From assembly GCA_030295235.1 (NCBI GenBank), contig AP026124.1:1984001-2048000 (forward strand): a DNA stretch of 64,000 bases, read 5' to 3'. Positions 12,922 to 25,249 of this stretch are shown piece by piece (the stretch's first letter is position 1; every line of letters starts with the position of its first letter). The stretch is from Fistulifera solaris (Eukaryota). A model generated the notes under the pieces. The model was not told the DNA's origin. It saw only the letters and a program-made list of their open reading frames with translations, and made no database searches. Position numbers and translations under genes: made by a program.

Positions 12922-14196
12922 ATGGCACAACAGGAAGAAACAACTAAAATGGAGACTAAATTGAGCTCAGCAAGTACTAGCCTTTCGGGTTCCAATGGCT
13001 ACTCGGCTGATAGTGAAAGAACACGGTTAGCTCAACCGTCTTCCTTACCTGTCTCCATTAGTCTTCACGAAAATGAAGCAAAGAAGTTTCTTGCTCACTT
13101 TCCGTCGGGCATTACAAATCTCAAGCGTGATCCTGACTTTGAGCTGAATCTCAGCCGACAGTATCTTGCCAAACGCGCCAAAACTGACCTATTAAGTTCA
13201 GGGAAGGACGTACCAACAAGCAGACTGCACGATCTTCTTCCTGCAGGCGCTCACTTGACAACCGATGTCGTGAATCACATACAAAGCTCATCAATTCCAG
13301 ACGCATCGTGCATACATAACGTGTCCCCTGATCCCAGTGTATATGACGATGCAAGTACATTGGCATCTCTAGTCGACATATGCAGGCATGTCTACGCGGG
13401 TAGGCCGTCATTGAATTCTATGACTGCAGAGGGCTCTGGCGGAGAGACAAACAGGGAGGAGAACAGAGAGGATTCCGCGAGCTCTGTCACCGATACCGAA
13501 AGCTCAACATCCGACGACGGAGCAAAAGAGGTGCCTAGACCTTCTCTCTTTTCACAAGGGGGAGTTTTTGAAGCATCTTCTGTTGCCCGGTAAGTTCTTT
13601 TGTCGACGTATTTCACGCAGCTCGTATTGAATTTCTCACGCTTGTATGATTATTGATAGTTTGGTACTTTCCAGCGATTATCCGTTTACCATTGCGCATG
13701 CAAACGTAGTCTTCGAGAATTTAGTGAACTTTACATTAACACGCGTGCTGGGACACGCCGTTGGTCATTTTTGGCAGGCGATCCTCTAGCCACTGCACTT
13801 CAGGAATGTACCACCAATCAATCCCATGCTACTGTTGAAAACCAGAGACTGCGGATCAAACCTATTGGCAAGGGACCAAAATCATATGTATGCACAATCC
13901 ATGTATCCCCGCAGAGCCTACCGCCGCCATTTTCAACGTATTTGAGCATTTTGATCGTCCCAGATGAAAAGCAGCCGCAAGAATCGTTTTCGGAGACAGC
14001 AGCAAGCGAGGAGCCTTTTGATCCTGAAGTAGACGATTTTGAGACAATGTCGATGGAGGAGCCTTCAAAAATCATGGTGACATCGCACTTCTGCGAAGTG
14101 CTAGATCGTGACAATTATACACTATGCCAAATGACATCATTAGCAAACAGTAAAAATAATGACCATTTTAGCAACGTCTTGATAACCTCTTGTTAG
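12922..14196 (+). CDS. Hypothetical protein with a C-terminal PAS-like segment
   Basis: Exon 1 12922-13589 and intron 13590-13659 (GTAAGT..ATAG). Spliced reading RLVLSSDYPFTIAHANVVFENLVNF..VLG resembles a PAS start (P-F-x-I-x-x-x-N..F..L). A T-run frameshift near 13770 joins ORF 13771-14196. Confidence 0.6.
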
Positions 14197-14400
14197 CTAC
14201 GCGATCATCAAGTACGAATCACTTAATCGAACACAGACAATTAAATAAACAAACTGAGAAAATCGGAATTGCACAAGGATGTTGCGAATATGTCATCATC
14301 GATACAACATCGAAAAGTCACGGTTGCAATGTGATGTGGTTTTTAGCATTGGCTTCAATTTACGTTTCAAAAATTTGTTTATCAGCGCGTTCCCTGCGCC

Positions 14401-15250
14401 TTACTCATCTAGAAGACGGCCCACTCCGGGCAGCACAATTCTAGCAATGTCTTCGAGACGACGAAGAGCTCTTCGAGAATCCTCATCGCCATCAATTGCA
14501 GCTCGATAATACCACAAGCAAGCTTCAGCATCACTTTGGGGCACCCCACGAGCTTCTTCAAAGGCCTCCCCGATGGAATACTTGGCGGTCAAGTGTCCTT
14601 TTTCGGCGGCCTTCATGTACCATTCCAGAGCCTTTTCGTCCGACTGTTCAACAGCTAAACCCAACTCATAGCATAAACCCAGTTCCGCCATTGCCTCCAC
14701 GTGACCACCTTCGGCGGCTTTTTTCGAACCACGCAACCGCCCCAACGACGTCCACTTCAATGCCATGAGAACCATTCTCGTACACAAGAGCCACCTCGTG
14801 CGCCGCATCCAAGTTGTTTCCGACTTCGTAAGCCGCTTCTAACCAGGCTAGACCGGCGGTGGGATTGTTGGGTAAGTAATATGTGGCGATTTCCTTCATG
14901 GCAGCGGCCGAGAATTCGTTTAGAATGGCATTGCGTCGCAGGGGCATCTGACATTCGTCTTCCTCGAGACCTGAAAGTGTTCGTAGCAATTTCATTGCGG
15001 CATGAGGATTGCTGGACAAGCCATCCGTTCCGTGAAGCAAAGCTTGCGCCAAAGACCACGCCGCCAACGGATCGGAGGAGGCCGCTTCGTACATGATGTG
15101 CGACCAGGATGTTTGCACGGCCGCCAATCGTGCTAGGTCGCCCCATTCCGCAAATTCTAGCAAGCATCGGTGCAACACCTCCGCTGGAATGTCAATGTTA
15201 GAATTCTCAAAGTAAAAGAGAGGAAGAGATGGACGTCCGGATGAGTTCAT
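14401..15250 (-). CDS. F-box-like plus Sel1-repeat protein
   Basis: N-terminal IPAEVLHRCLLEFAEWGDLARLAAVQTSW is F-box-like. Sel1 repeats such as AMAELGLCYELGLAVEQSDEKALEWYMKAAEKGH and AKYSIGEAFEEARGVPQSDAEACLWYYRAA. Frameshift in the homopolymer near 14720. Confidence 0.85.
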
Positions 15251-15945
15251 GTTAATGAGTGGGATGGAGAAGAATGTTGTTTTTGTGAAAAAGAGAATGA
15301 AATGCATCGGATTTCGTAGAACAAAACCTCCGATGACGAAAAAGACCGTCCAAGTCCAACGTGGCGCATTGGGCGCGTTGCGCGTTTCCGCGTTTGAAAA
15401 TACATTCGGAATTCGGATGAACTTTTGGCTGACGGCTGACGGCTGACGGTTCACGCAAGGAGATGCTTACGCATTCCGGTGACAATGTGCTTTGTAGAGG
15501 TGTGTCGTCAAAAGCTCACTTTCTGGTTTACTGTCTCAACAATGTCGTGTCTGCATTTTGTACCACATTATGCTGGAAGCAAAGGATCGAAATGGTTGGC
15601 TGCCAGTTGCGTGTTGCGTCCCGATCCGTGTCAGTCATGAGTTATGACGTCTAAACCCATGACTGAAATGCAGTCATGATGCGAAATGGCCTTGACTTTT
15701 ACAGCCAACACTTTGTTTTAGAGTGACTCCTCTCATTTTCGATTGGCCTCTTCTTCTTTGTCGAAAATCGAAACGGCGGAGGTTCGTTTTCGGCGTGTTC
15801 TGTGTTGGATTGTGTTGACTGATTTGAGAATGTGTCAATGCTTGACAGCTACCTGTTATGTCTTCTTCTGTATGGATCGAGAATGCCAATGGAAAGGAGT
15901 CGAAGCTTCGTTACTAGCAAGAAACGTTCGCAACCATCGCATAAA

Positions 15946-16593
15946 ATGACGACCATGTTATTAAAAAGCCTGCGACTCACTGGACTGATCGTCATTCTTC
16001 TTCTTCCTGGAGAGTCTCTGATTCAGGGCTCTTATTTGTATCGAACAAATGACGCTCCACGCACATCGAGCTCGCGTTTGAACGAAGTCGCCTCTAAAGC
16101 ACAAGAGGAAGATGTAGGGACTCAAGCAACTGAGACGCCGTCCAATCACATTGTTGTTACTTCGGAAATGGAAATGGATATTCCGATTCAGGTCTGCTTC
16201 GACGCATTTTCCGACTTGCCACGACAGCCCAGCTGGTCTCCATGGTTGCATTCCGTTTCGTATGATGAGAAAAATCCCCACGAAACGGTTTGGAAGATGC
16301 GCTATTTGGGACTGCCGATATCGTGGCGATCCGTCAGTACTAACAACAAACGTCCTCATGTTATCGAGTGGAAATCCATTAAAGGTTTGAAGAATTTTGG
16401 ACGAGTGGATTTTACCGAGCTCACGGATCAAACGACACACATGAAGCTCACCCTTACCTTTGAAGTCCCGCGCATTGCGGCCCGCGTGCTGACGCAGTCG
16501 GCCAAAACCACGCGGATGGTAGAGGATCGGATGTTACGAACAACTTTGCAGAATTTTCGAAATGTTGTTTTGGAGAATGATATGAAGGAATGA
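15946..16593 (+). CDS. SRPBCC/polyketide cyclase-dehydrase (START-like) domain protein with signal peptide
   Basis: Signal peptide LTGLIVILLLPGES. Domain pattern VTSEMEMDIPIQVCFDAFSDLPRQPSWSPWLHSV..W..IEWKSIKGLKNFGRVDF..THMKLTLTF..TLQNFR. Confidence 0.8.
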   Translation: MTTMLLKSLRLTGLIVILLLPGESLIQGSYLYRTNDAPRTSSSRLNEVASKAQEEDVGTQATETPSNHIVVTSEMEMDIPIQVCFDAFSDLPRQPSWSPWLHSVSYDEKNPHETVWKMRYLGLPISWRSVSTNNKRPHVIEWKSIKGLKNFGRVDFTELTDQTTHMKLTLTFEVPRIAARVLTQSAKTTRMVEDRMLRTTLQNFRNVVLENDMKE

Positions 16594-16750
16594 TTCGAAA
16601 GACGGTCTATCGTAGGCCACCGAGATTTCTGGTAGTATCAATGAGCGCAGTCAATCAGACTACTACTGTGGGTGAGTAAATGTATCATTATAGAAGAGAC
16701 TATTTTGTACAAGTGTCTCATGATATTACATCGAAAATGGGGTGCTGTCT

Positions 16751-18783
16751 TTACTCCCAGTAGTGCGGGGCAACTTCACGTAGCCACGAGGCTTCAATAG
16801 CCGAAACAGCTCGGAGCTCGATGCCGCCTCGAGGGCCATCCATCGTTTCTCCATAAACAATGTATTCGCTGCTGACAGGGGTGTGAGAAGCGTAAATACT
16901 TGACGAGGCAGGGACAACCAGAATGTTCTTCCTGAGGGTGTAGTAGCGACCATCATTGGAAAGTTTTGCGACATTGAAAAGAATCCAGCTGTGACACAGC
17001 GTCGGATCGCTTTGCTCCTTGAGTCGTCGCCCGTAATTCCCATGGCTTCTACTTTTCCAAATTGCCGAAGAAAACTCGCGAGTTGGTTCCTGACTTCCAA
17101 GGCGCGCTTCAAAGCGATATAATTGATGTACTTTTCCTTGCATTCTTCTTCATCCAGAGATCGATCCTCGGCTTCCGCAAGTACATTCGTGTACGTGACG
17201 TGATCTCCGCTGGGATCAGCAAGGGATGTCACCGACGCCTCATAATCCAGTAACTGTTGTTGTCGTCTAGATCGAGGCTTGTGAAACAAATCACGAACCT
17301 GCAATGCAGCTGCAACGCCTAGCACCTCCCAAGAACAGCCGGCAGAAAGGGACTCCAGTAACATTTTCGAAACCGGTGGTTCTGTGGGGAACTTTGACAG
17401 GTCTACCCCTAACTTCGTTAAGTGCGTTTGCTTATCGATTGCACCAAGGGCAAACAGCAGTTCCAGCCCATGAGAGAGAGCGTCGACACTTGGTACATCC
17501 ATGAGATCAAATGCAAGAATATTCTCCACGCCCAGTGCTTTGAGAGTTAAGATAAAACTAGCCAAATTAGCACGAAGGATCTCTGGGGGCGTCTGACCCT
17601 TCATATTCTTTACCATAAAGTCTTCTGTGAACAAACGAAAGCACTTTCCTGACGACAAACGACCTGCTCGCCCAGCTCGTTGCCGCGCACTGGCTTGGCT
17701 GATCGGACCGACAATTAAACGCTCTAATCCGGTTCGAGGATCAAAATATGGAAGCTTGACAAGCCCCGAATCAATCACGAAGCTAATCCCTGGAACGGTG
17801 ACACTCGTTTCGGCAATGTTTGTTGCGAAAACTATGCGTCTGGTCTTCGCATCTTTGCTATCGGTCTGAAATATCCTTGTTTGCATATGCAGCGGCAGCG
17901 TACCGTAAAGAGGTAATAATACAACTGGACTAGAATTTTCCCTCAACCGCTCTTCCCCCATGCGTATCGCTTTGTCAATGTCTTCTCCAGAAGGCAAAAA
18001 ACAAAGAATATCACCCGGTCCTTCCTTTCGGTGAATCGAAAGTGCTGTCTCCACCATCGATGAAATGTAATCTTGTGCGGGCCCTTCCATGTACAGAATG
18101 TCTACAGGATACTGTCGACCGTCAACAGAAATGACTGTTCCTGTTCCCAGCGGATCACCGCCGTCTTTGTTTCCAACGAAAAAGTTCAGAAACACTTGCG
18201 CATCAATCGTCGCACTGCACACAATCAGCCGTAGATTTTTTCGGACCCGACGAATCTTTTTTAGCAGTCCCAGTACAGTATCGCTATTCAAACTTCGCTC
18301 ATGCGCTTCATCCACCATTACAACCGAGTATTTTGACAGAAGAGGATCGGAGAGGGTTGCCTCGCGAAGAAGCAGACCATCGGTGACGTATTTAATTTGT
18401 GTATAAGGCGACGATTTATCGTCAAAACGAACTGAATAACCAACCCGACCCCCTAACTGAGTACCCGATTCCTGTGCAACTCGTTGCGCCAGAGATACAG
18501 CGGCGATTCTCCGGGGCTGTGTGACTACCACTTGGAAATTGTTTGCTGCCCATCCCCCGGACTCAACTAAATACTGAGGAATTTGAGTGCTTTTCCCGCT
18601 TCCTGTCTCGCCTACGATAACCACAACAGAATAATGCTCTAAAGCATAGAGAATTTGACGCTTGTGCTTGTAGATGGGGAGAATCATGCGTTGTTGAACC
18701 AACGGCACGCGAGACGGCGCGGCAAAGACACTCGGCGCAAAATCATCCTCGTTTCTTGTTTCCGGCTTCCAGAATCCAGCCAT
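16751..18783 (-). CDS. DHX35: DEAH-box RNA helicase, DHX35-like
   Basis: Starts MAGFWKP (DHX35-type N-terminus). Motifs GETGSGKSTQ, TQPRRIAA, DEAHERS, SAT, ATNIAETSVT and QRAGRAGR, plus HA2 and OB-fold regions. C-terminus (..WLREVAPHYWE) is reached through a frameshift near 16980. Confidence 0.88.
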
Positions 18784-19248
18784 CTCCACAGCAATCTGAT
18801 ATTATTTACAGAAATAACTATGGCAACATTTCGAGTTCATGGTACGGTACCTCTCAGAACATTAATAAGTGTTCACCTCATCAATGCTTTATAAAGATCT
18901 TGTTCATTACTCATGACTCGTTGATGCAGTCATGCATTACACGGAGTAATACTCAAGGTTGACACGTCAATTTAGTGACTGACAATTGAGTCACGGTCAG
19001 CAATCGATCGCAAAGGATTTTCGGTCATGCTTGGCTATACCAAAAAGTATCTACTCCGAATTTTCACGAGCTGATTCAGTCTCCCGTAGACAAGTCATAA
19101 AAGAATACCAGGTACGGAGTAATTCAAAAAAGGGCCCGGTCCGTTGAGCGTTGGCGGTTGGCGACTGAAATTACGGGGAATCGACGTCACAGACATCAAG
19201 AAGGTGACATGTACTCATGATTCCACCTGCTTTCTACACCTACACTGA

Positions 19249-19286
19249 GTGAGACCTGAGACGTGAGACGTGAGACGTGAGACGTC
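19249..19286. repeat. Short tandem heptamer repeat (GTGAGAC), about 5 units
   Basis: gtgagac-ctgagac-gtgagac-gtgagac-gtgagac-gtc read directly, in a divergent intergenic region. Confidence 0.85.
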
Positions 19287-19444
19287 ATGTCAACCCAACT
19301 CGCTCGTGAAAGTTGGAACTTGGAAGACCTTTTACAAGTAATAGCCGCTTGTGTGCATTTGTTCATAAAATTCGATCATTCGATTGGCTTCATCCGATTT
19401 TGGTTGACAAGCAATTGAAAAGCAATATAAAACTACCAATCACC

Positions 19445-19871
19445 ATGATGTTGTTAGCAGCTACGTCCCGTGCTACCCGTATGACCATCATTCGTCAATC
19501 TCGCGCCCTTTCGTCGCAGGGGTCGGACGCCGTGGAAAAGCTTCGCTCCGTTTTAGAAGAATACCGCCTTCAAAAGTAAGTTATCTCGGTTGAGTAGCTG
19601 TTTCATTCCTGATATCAATGCCGCTGATCGTAAAATTTGTTTTTTTCGATTTAGTTACGCGCAAGAGCTTCCGGGGCGCTTCAAGAAGGATATTGTGAGA
19701 GCCGCAACCAATGAAAATACCGATCGTATTGCGGTTGGTGGAATGGAACGTGTTCTGTCAAACATCGGCGCGACAAACAAAATATCCTCCTCTGAGATCA
19801 ACACGATCTTTCAGGAGCTGGGAAATGGAACAGGAGAGATTCCGATCAACCGCTTTTCTGCTCTAATTTAG
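19445..19871 (+). CDS. Small hypothetical protein with mitochondrial-type presequence and a degenerate EF-hand-like C-terminus
   Basis: Arg/Ser/Thr-rich leader MMLLAATSRATRMTIIRQSRALSS. Intron 19576-19654 joins EEYRLQN-YAQELPGRFKKDIV. Ends ISSSEINTIFQELGNGTGEIPINRF. Confidence 0.75.
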
Positions 19872-20073
19872 AGACTAAGAAACAATTTACTCGCTCAGAT
19901 AGGAGAACAAAAAAAGATGAAGAGAATAGATAGATCAAACATAGAGACATAAACCAATACACCTAGACCATAATTTTGGTGAACAACCTGTAAATCAAAC
20001 TTGCGCTATCTCGATTTAGGAGTTAACGAGGTGACTATCAGTACGTGACGGGTATAACAGATTGTGAACTTCA

Positions 20074-22503
20074 TTATGAGCCATCTCTTCTCACAAGTTC
20101 ATCGCGAATAAGAATCTTAATGTCTTCTCCGCCTTTGAGTCGTCGAAGCAGCTCAGCCGGGTCTATCTGCAATTCTTCCGCTATTTGACACAACCTCTTT
20201 TTACCTGTACCTCCGACGATGGCTCCAACATAACGACTTGCATCACATTCTTCTGCCGTTGTGAGTGTTTCATAAGAACTTATGTGAGAAGAAACACAAC
20301 TTAAGCTGCTTAAATCCGAGTACATGCCTCCCAAAGCCGTATCTTCCGTTTGCATATGTGCTGACATCTCCATGATTTGCAGTGACGCTTGAGACTCCTC
20401 CGCAAATGATCCCGGGTCAGAAATTGAGCTGTAGCTGTCTCCTCCTGTGAGGCTTGTTAGCGATTTGTTCTTGATATTTCCTTCATGCACGATACAATTA
20501 AGTCCTTTGGTGAATCTGCGCGGCGCTTTTATCTCTGGTAGTATATTCGGCGCATCTTCAGAGGCGCACGAAAAGCTCGCAAAACTCAGCAGATTGTGTC
20601 TAGGTATCATTAAGTCAGAATCCAGTGCACTCTGTTTCTGTCGAAGTGTATCACGCGATGAAACGCAAGGCTTGACATGCGAAGGACGCGTTTGTGTGGT
20701 ACTATCCAAAACTGGATCCTGTAATGGTTTGCTAGTCGTGTCATAATGACAGCTTAGGAGCGCTAGAATACTGCCGCCTGTCAGGTACGGCTTTTCGTCG
20801 CGCTGCTCTGAACTCTGCAGAGATGTTCTATGAAATCTTTGCTGCTCATTTCTCTTCAAGCTATTATTGGAGATGACCGATAATGCAACGTTTGGTTTAC
20901 AAGCAGATACATCTGGGACCTCTGCGGAGAAGGTATCCACGTCTTTATGACAATGTTGACGTCCAACTCTCTCGTCACCGCGAAAGTTTTCATTTCTTGA
21001 TGACCACAACGCGTGATCGTGTCCGCTCTGAAACCTTCGAATCGTATGAGGGAAATCGATCTTTTCTTTAGGATTGCAATGCTCCGATGAGAATGTCGGA
21101 GACAAACTAGCTGCACCTTGTGAACAAGAAGAAACTTTAAAGAAAGAGTTCTTCGTTGTCTTTAGGCCTCTGTGGCTTGGCTTCGCTAAAGTATGATCAG
21201 TTTTTTGCGCTCTTCGTTGCCAGATCTGCCATGAAGCGATTTCCGGCTGAGTCATGTATGGTAAATCAATTCTTGTACTAGCACTGCTTTCGTCGACTGT
21301 AAGGTGTGTAGGCGACGCAGTTGTGTCGCGGAAACAGAGTGGCAGCGTAAACAAGCCATTTTCGACGTACATTTCAGACGAAGGCGGCCTCAAGGCTCGT
21401 TGACTCAAGTTCGAAATGTTCAGCTCTCTTTCTTCGTTGCAATGATTTGACTCTTCCATATGACTTTGGCGACCGTCTTCATTGTGCACAGTTAGTGGTA
21501 GCTGCTCCGTCGTTTGTATTTGAAGATTGCATTCACTCTTTCCCCTGCTATAATGGATTGCGTCTTCGCTGAGTGATGATTGGAACGAAGTTCTTCTGTC
21601 AGTATCATCCTGCTCGGCATTGGAAACCAAAAATGGCAACAACTCAGTGCTGAGAACCAATTCAAGCTCCTCTCTCGTCGAATGATTACTACTTCGCTCT
21701 GGTACGACTTCTAACGTGGTGTCGGGCTGATTTGGACAAGACTCGCTATGCTGATTGTCATTAGTAGATTTCGTTTGTGGCGTTGCATTCCCAAAGCGAT
21801 TGTCAATTTGTTGTGTTTCAACGACGTCTCCACTATCCAGGTAGGTGCGGGACTGCTTGTCTTCAAGTGATGGATTGTCTCTGGGTGACGTCGAACACAC
21901 TTGATTCTTTCTCTTCGGGTGCTTCTTCCACGGTTTTCTTTTATTCTTATTGTGTGCATTCACCAGGGAGGGTTTTGCCATCGAATTTGCCGCATCCTCA
22001 GTCTCTTTCACCACTGCAGAACGACCCCGCCGAAATATTCTCTTCCAGTCCACACGTATGTTCCGGCTTCTTTGGCTATGCTTTTCTTGAATTGCGAATT
22101 CCACTGCTGTCGGAAAGGCCTCCGGAATGTGGTAAATTTGATGGTTCTCATCAGCGATGAGTTCTGGGCTCTTCATCAAAAGTGAACCCTCTGCAGGTCG
22201 ATAAACTCTCTCTATGTTTCCCTTCATTGGAAAATGTAGCTGCAGAAGCTTTTTCCCTTGTTTTGGTGCTGATTTTACGCAGATTGAAGGTTGTTGCCTA
22301 AAAGGATCCGTCGCTGGCTTCTGACCGTGAAAATTTACATCATTAGAACTACCGGAAAACGCACTCTGTTCAGAACTGGTAGTCTGTGTCGGTCCAACGT
22401 GAGCCTGTAGAACTAGATCCCTCGAAGTTGACTGCTTTATTTTCATAGGATGTGAAAACGCAATCTGTGTCGCAGAGGTGGATCCTGCCCCGGTGATCGG
22501 CAT
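20074..22503 (-). CDS. Large, mostly disordered Ser/Gln-rich hypothetical protein
   Basis: Uninterrupted 809 aa ORF with no recognised domain and a short helical C-terminal segment. Confidence 0.65.
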   Translation of the reverse strand: MPITGAGSTSATQIAFSHPMKIKQSTSRDLVLQAHVGPTQTTSSEQSAFSGSSNDVNFHGQKPATDPFRQQPSICVKSAPKQGKKLLQLHFPMKGNIERVYRPAEGSLLMKSPELIADENHQIYHIPEAFPTAVEFAIQEKHSQRSRNIRVDWKRIFRRGRSAVVKETEDAANSMAKPSLVNAHNKNKRKPWKKHPKRKNQVCSTSPRDNPSLEDKQSRTYLDSGDVVETQQIDNRFGNATPQTKSTNDNQHSESCPNQPDTTLEVVPERSSNHSTREELELVLSTELLPFLVSNAEQDDTDRRTSFQSSLSEDAIHYSRGKSECNLQIQTTEQLPLTVHNEDGRQSHMEESNHCNEERELNISNLSQRALRPPSSEMYVENGLFTLPLCFRDTTASPTHLTVDESSASTRIDLPYMTQPEIASWQIWQRRAQKTDHTLAKPSHRGLKTTKNSFFKVSSCSQGAASLSPTFSSEHCNPKEKIDFPHTIRRFQSGHDHALWSSRNENFRGDERVGRQHCHKDVDTFSAEVPDVSACKPNVALSVISNNSLKRNEQQRFHRTSLQSSEQRDEKPYLTGGSILALLSCHYDTTSKPLQDPVLDSTTQTRPSHVKPCVSSRDTLRQKQSALDSDLMIPRHNLLSFASFSCASEDAPNILPEIKAPRRFTKGLNCIVHEGNIKNKSLTSLTGGDSYSSISDPGSFAEESQASLQIMEMSAHMQTEDTALGGMYSDLSSLSCVSSHISSYETLTTAEECDASRYVGAIVGGTGKKRLCQIAEELQIDPAELLRRLKGGEDIKILIRDELVRRDGS

Positions 22504-23021
22504 GTCTCCGGTCTTGGCCTTATCTGGACAGGTGAGCTGCGTTCAAAATTGAGCTCCGAATTTCTTTTACGAGTCAAGAAGCGGAGCACCATTTCTTCTC
22601 TGATATTCTTTTAGTGAAAATACATTTGTCTCGCTGGAGAAAACGAAGGGGAGAAAAATTCGAATGCAACCTTTTGAAATGCAGAGAAGCGATTTGCCAC
22701 TTAGACAGTGAGCGAACAACGGACATTGTTTTTACATATGTACTGCTGAATCCGGTACACAAGTTTACGAGTACGAAATGAACAAAAAATGAACATCTTT
22801 TTCAACTTTGTGAGTGTATCTTACCGGTATCCGTTGTCATCATCTTTTGCCTCGCACCTAGCATCGCGTCGTGGACGCACTGTTTGACTCCATCATATTA
22901 TTTACATACGGAGTAGTACTTTTACTATTGATGCATAGGAAATAGAAAAGAGGTCCTTCTCCTTCTTATTGCCTCATATCTTAAGAAGTTAGTGCAATTA
23001 TAACTCAAGTAGCGAATAAGT

Positions 23022-24428
23022 ATGGCAGAAAAGGAAGGAATGGACAAAGAATCGACAATTGCCGTATCAAATTCCTCGGCCTTTGAATGGCCTCCAGACC
23101 CGTCTTGCTACGAACTCATAGGGAAGATCGGGCAAGGAGCTTTCGCTACAGTATGGAGAGCAAATGCTCCTGAAGAGAGAGAATGCGCAATCAAAGTTCT
23201 GAATCTTGATCATGTAGATACAAACCTAGCGGAAATCCGTCTGGAAGTTCAGGCGATGAGACTTTCCTTGCACCCGAATATATTGACCTGCTATGCGGCA
23301 TTCGTGAACGAAACCAACTTGTGGCTATTGACGCCACTAATGAGCAAGGGAAGCTCACTTCATTGCTTACAAAGAGCGCGAAGAATATTGCGTGATCGCA
23401 ATGAGGTAGCAAAGATGGAAGAACACATCCTTTACATTCTGCACGAAACACTGTTGGGGCTTCAATACATTCATGAAAATGGTCAAATACACCGCGACAT
23501 AAAAGCGGGTAATGTTCTGCTTGACGGAAACGGAGATGTGCGGATCGCTGACTTTGGAGTTTCTGGGTGGCTGGTGCAAGGCGGTGCACAGCAAGAAAAG
23601 GCAAAAACGTTCGTTGGTACTCCATGTTGGATGGCGCCGGAGGTAAGCTGCTCCAAGATCTGCAATAGCTGTCGCCGACTCTTCTCATATTCTTTTTGGA
23701 TGGAAAAGGTGATGGAGCAAGTACACGGATACGACTATAAGGCCGATATCTGGAGTTTCGGTATCACTGCTTTGGAGCTTGCAAAAGGATACGCACCGTA
23801 CGCCAAATATCCTCCCATGAAAGTTTTGATTCTCACAATCCAAGAGGACCCGCCCTCCTTGGAATCTTACATAGACGACGATGATGACGATTTAGCATGT
23901 TTTGAAGAATATAGTCGGACATTTCGCACCCTTGTGCAGTTATGCTTACATAAGAATCCCGCGAAACGACCCACTTGTCAGGAGCTGCTGAATGGTAAAA
24001 TACTCTCTTTTATGAACGACCCAGCCGTGCGTCAAATCAAACGAGAAACAATTCGATCACAAGTATGTGACATTGTTCCTGACGTGGGATCGCGATCTTC
24101 ATCTTCTTCTCCCAGTAACCGACAAATGCCGGGCAACGCCCCCATATCCATTGTCTTGTCCAAAGAAGTAGATCGACCGCCTGGTACAACTTGGGTGTTC
24201 CCGGATGGCTCTCAAGTTCTTTCATCATCGATGACACCAGTGTCTGTAGATGATGTACTGGAAGAATTAGATGAATTCGGTAAACAGACTGGCGGAGAAC
24301 ACTACAGATCGAAATCAGCGGAAGAACTGGCGAAGAACTCTGGCGTCGATAATGTACAGGATGACCTTGACGCTTTTATGGATGAATTTGAGCAGAATAC
24401 TGCTGGTGAAGACTTCCGACGCCCATAG
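23022..24428 (+). CDS. STE20-family Ser/Thr kinase, OSR1/SPAK-like
   Basis: YELIGKIGQGAFATVWRA, CAIKVLNL, GQIHRDIKAGNVLL, IADFGVSGWL, KTFVGTPCWMAPE|VMEQVHGYDYKADIWSFGITALELAKGYAPYAKYPPMKVLILTIQEDPPSL. In-frame intron at 23643-23708. Confidence 0.92.
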   Translation: MAEKEGMDKESTIAVSNSSAFEWPPDPSCYELIGKIGQGAFATVWRANAPEERECAIKVLNLDHVDTNLAEIRLEVQAMRLSLHPNILTCYAAFVNETNLWLLTPLMSKGSSLHCLQRARRILRDRNEVAKMEEHILYILHETLLGLQYIHENGQIHRDIKAGNVLLDGNGDVRIADFGVSGWLVQGGAQQEKAKTFVGTPCWMAPEVSCSKICNSCRRLFSYSFWMEKVMEQVHGYDYKADIWSFGITALELAKGYAPYAKYPPMKVLILTIQEDPPSLESYIDDDDDDLACFEEYSRTFRTLVQLCLHKNPAKRPTCQELLNGKILSFMNDPAVRQIKRETIRSQVCDIVPDVGSRSSSSSPSNRQMPGNAPISIVLSKEVDRPPGTTWVFPDGSQVLSSSMTPVSVDDVLEELDEFGKQTGGEHYRSKSAEELAKNSGVDNVQDDLDAFMDEFEQNTAGEDFRRP

Positions 24429-25249
24429 TCGTTGTAAAGATATTTATCTCACCGCTAATCGATTGTTGATGAGGACAAAGAATCGTCTAATGCTCGCCTT
24501 CTATCTGTCTTCGTATCTAACTCATGACTGAAATTCAGTCGTGGCGTGAAACGGCAGACACTTTAAGTCTATAGTGAATAATGAAGGGACCGCTGTGGCA
24601 ACATTTTCGCCGAAATCCATTAATGAAATCGCTTGTTATGATGCTAATTAGCTACTTTGTAGTTTTGATTGGAAATACTAGAACAACGACGACATTTAGA
24701 GATTATTGATTCGTGTTTCAGCTTGAGAAAATATGGACGCATGACTCAGATGCAGTCGTGGCGAAAAAAAGGTCAACACTTTGGGTCGATAGTGGTTTTA
24801 TGATTAATCATTATGATAGAATTATCCGCATGGATTTGAATTGCAATCAATCTAGAACTTAGTAAACAGAAAATTATTTGCATCAGAGATGTCCACTTGT
24901 GTGGCTTTGAGTCGAAACTAGGTTTTTAGCTACATCATCCGGAATCCGGAGAGTTCGCTTGCTTTCGAAAGGTCACAGTACCGGTATCGATGGCCTTGGT
25001 TACCGGCACACCTAGCGCTGGATTCTGAACAAAGATTAAGTACTGTCGTCCTTCAAACCCTCCAACGATCTTGAGCTGGCCAACTACAACTCGATCAACC
25101 ATTTTTTGTATAGCTCTAGTACCTAGATCAGTCTGTACGTCTGTCACTGAACCGTGCGGACCTTCAAAATAAAGCTGCTGCGTGCTGCGTGTTTGCGCGT
25201 TTGAACCGCATCACGACGAGACAGCATCGCAACCTCACAAAAAGGCACC

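Noticed and set aside
19249..19286. CRISPR-like or telomeric array
   Set aside because: Only about five spacer-free 7-mers, and not TTAGGG-like. It is a simple tandem repeat.
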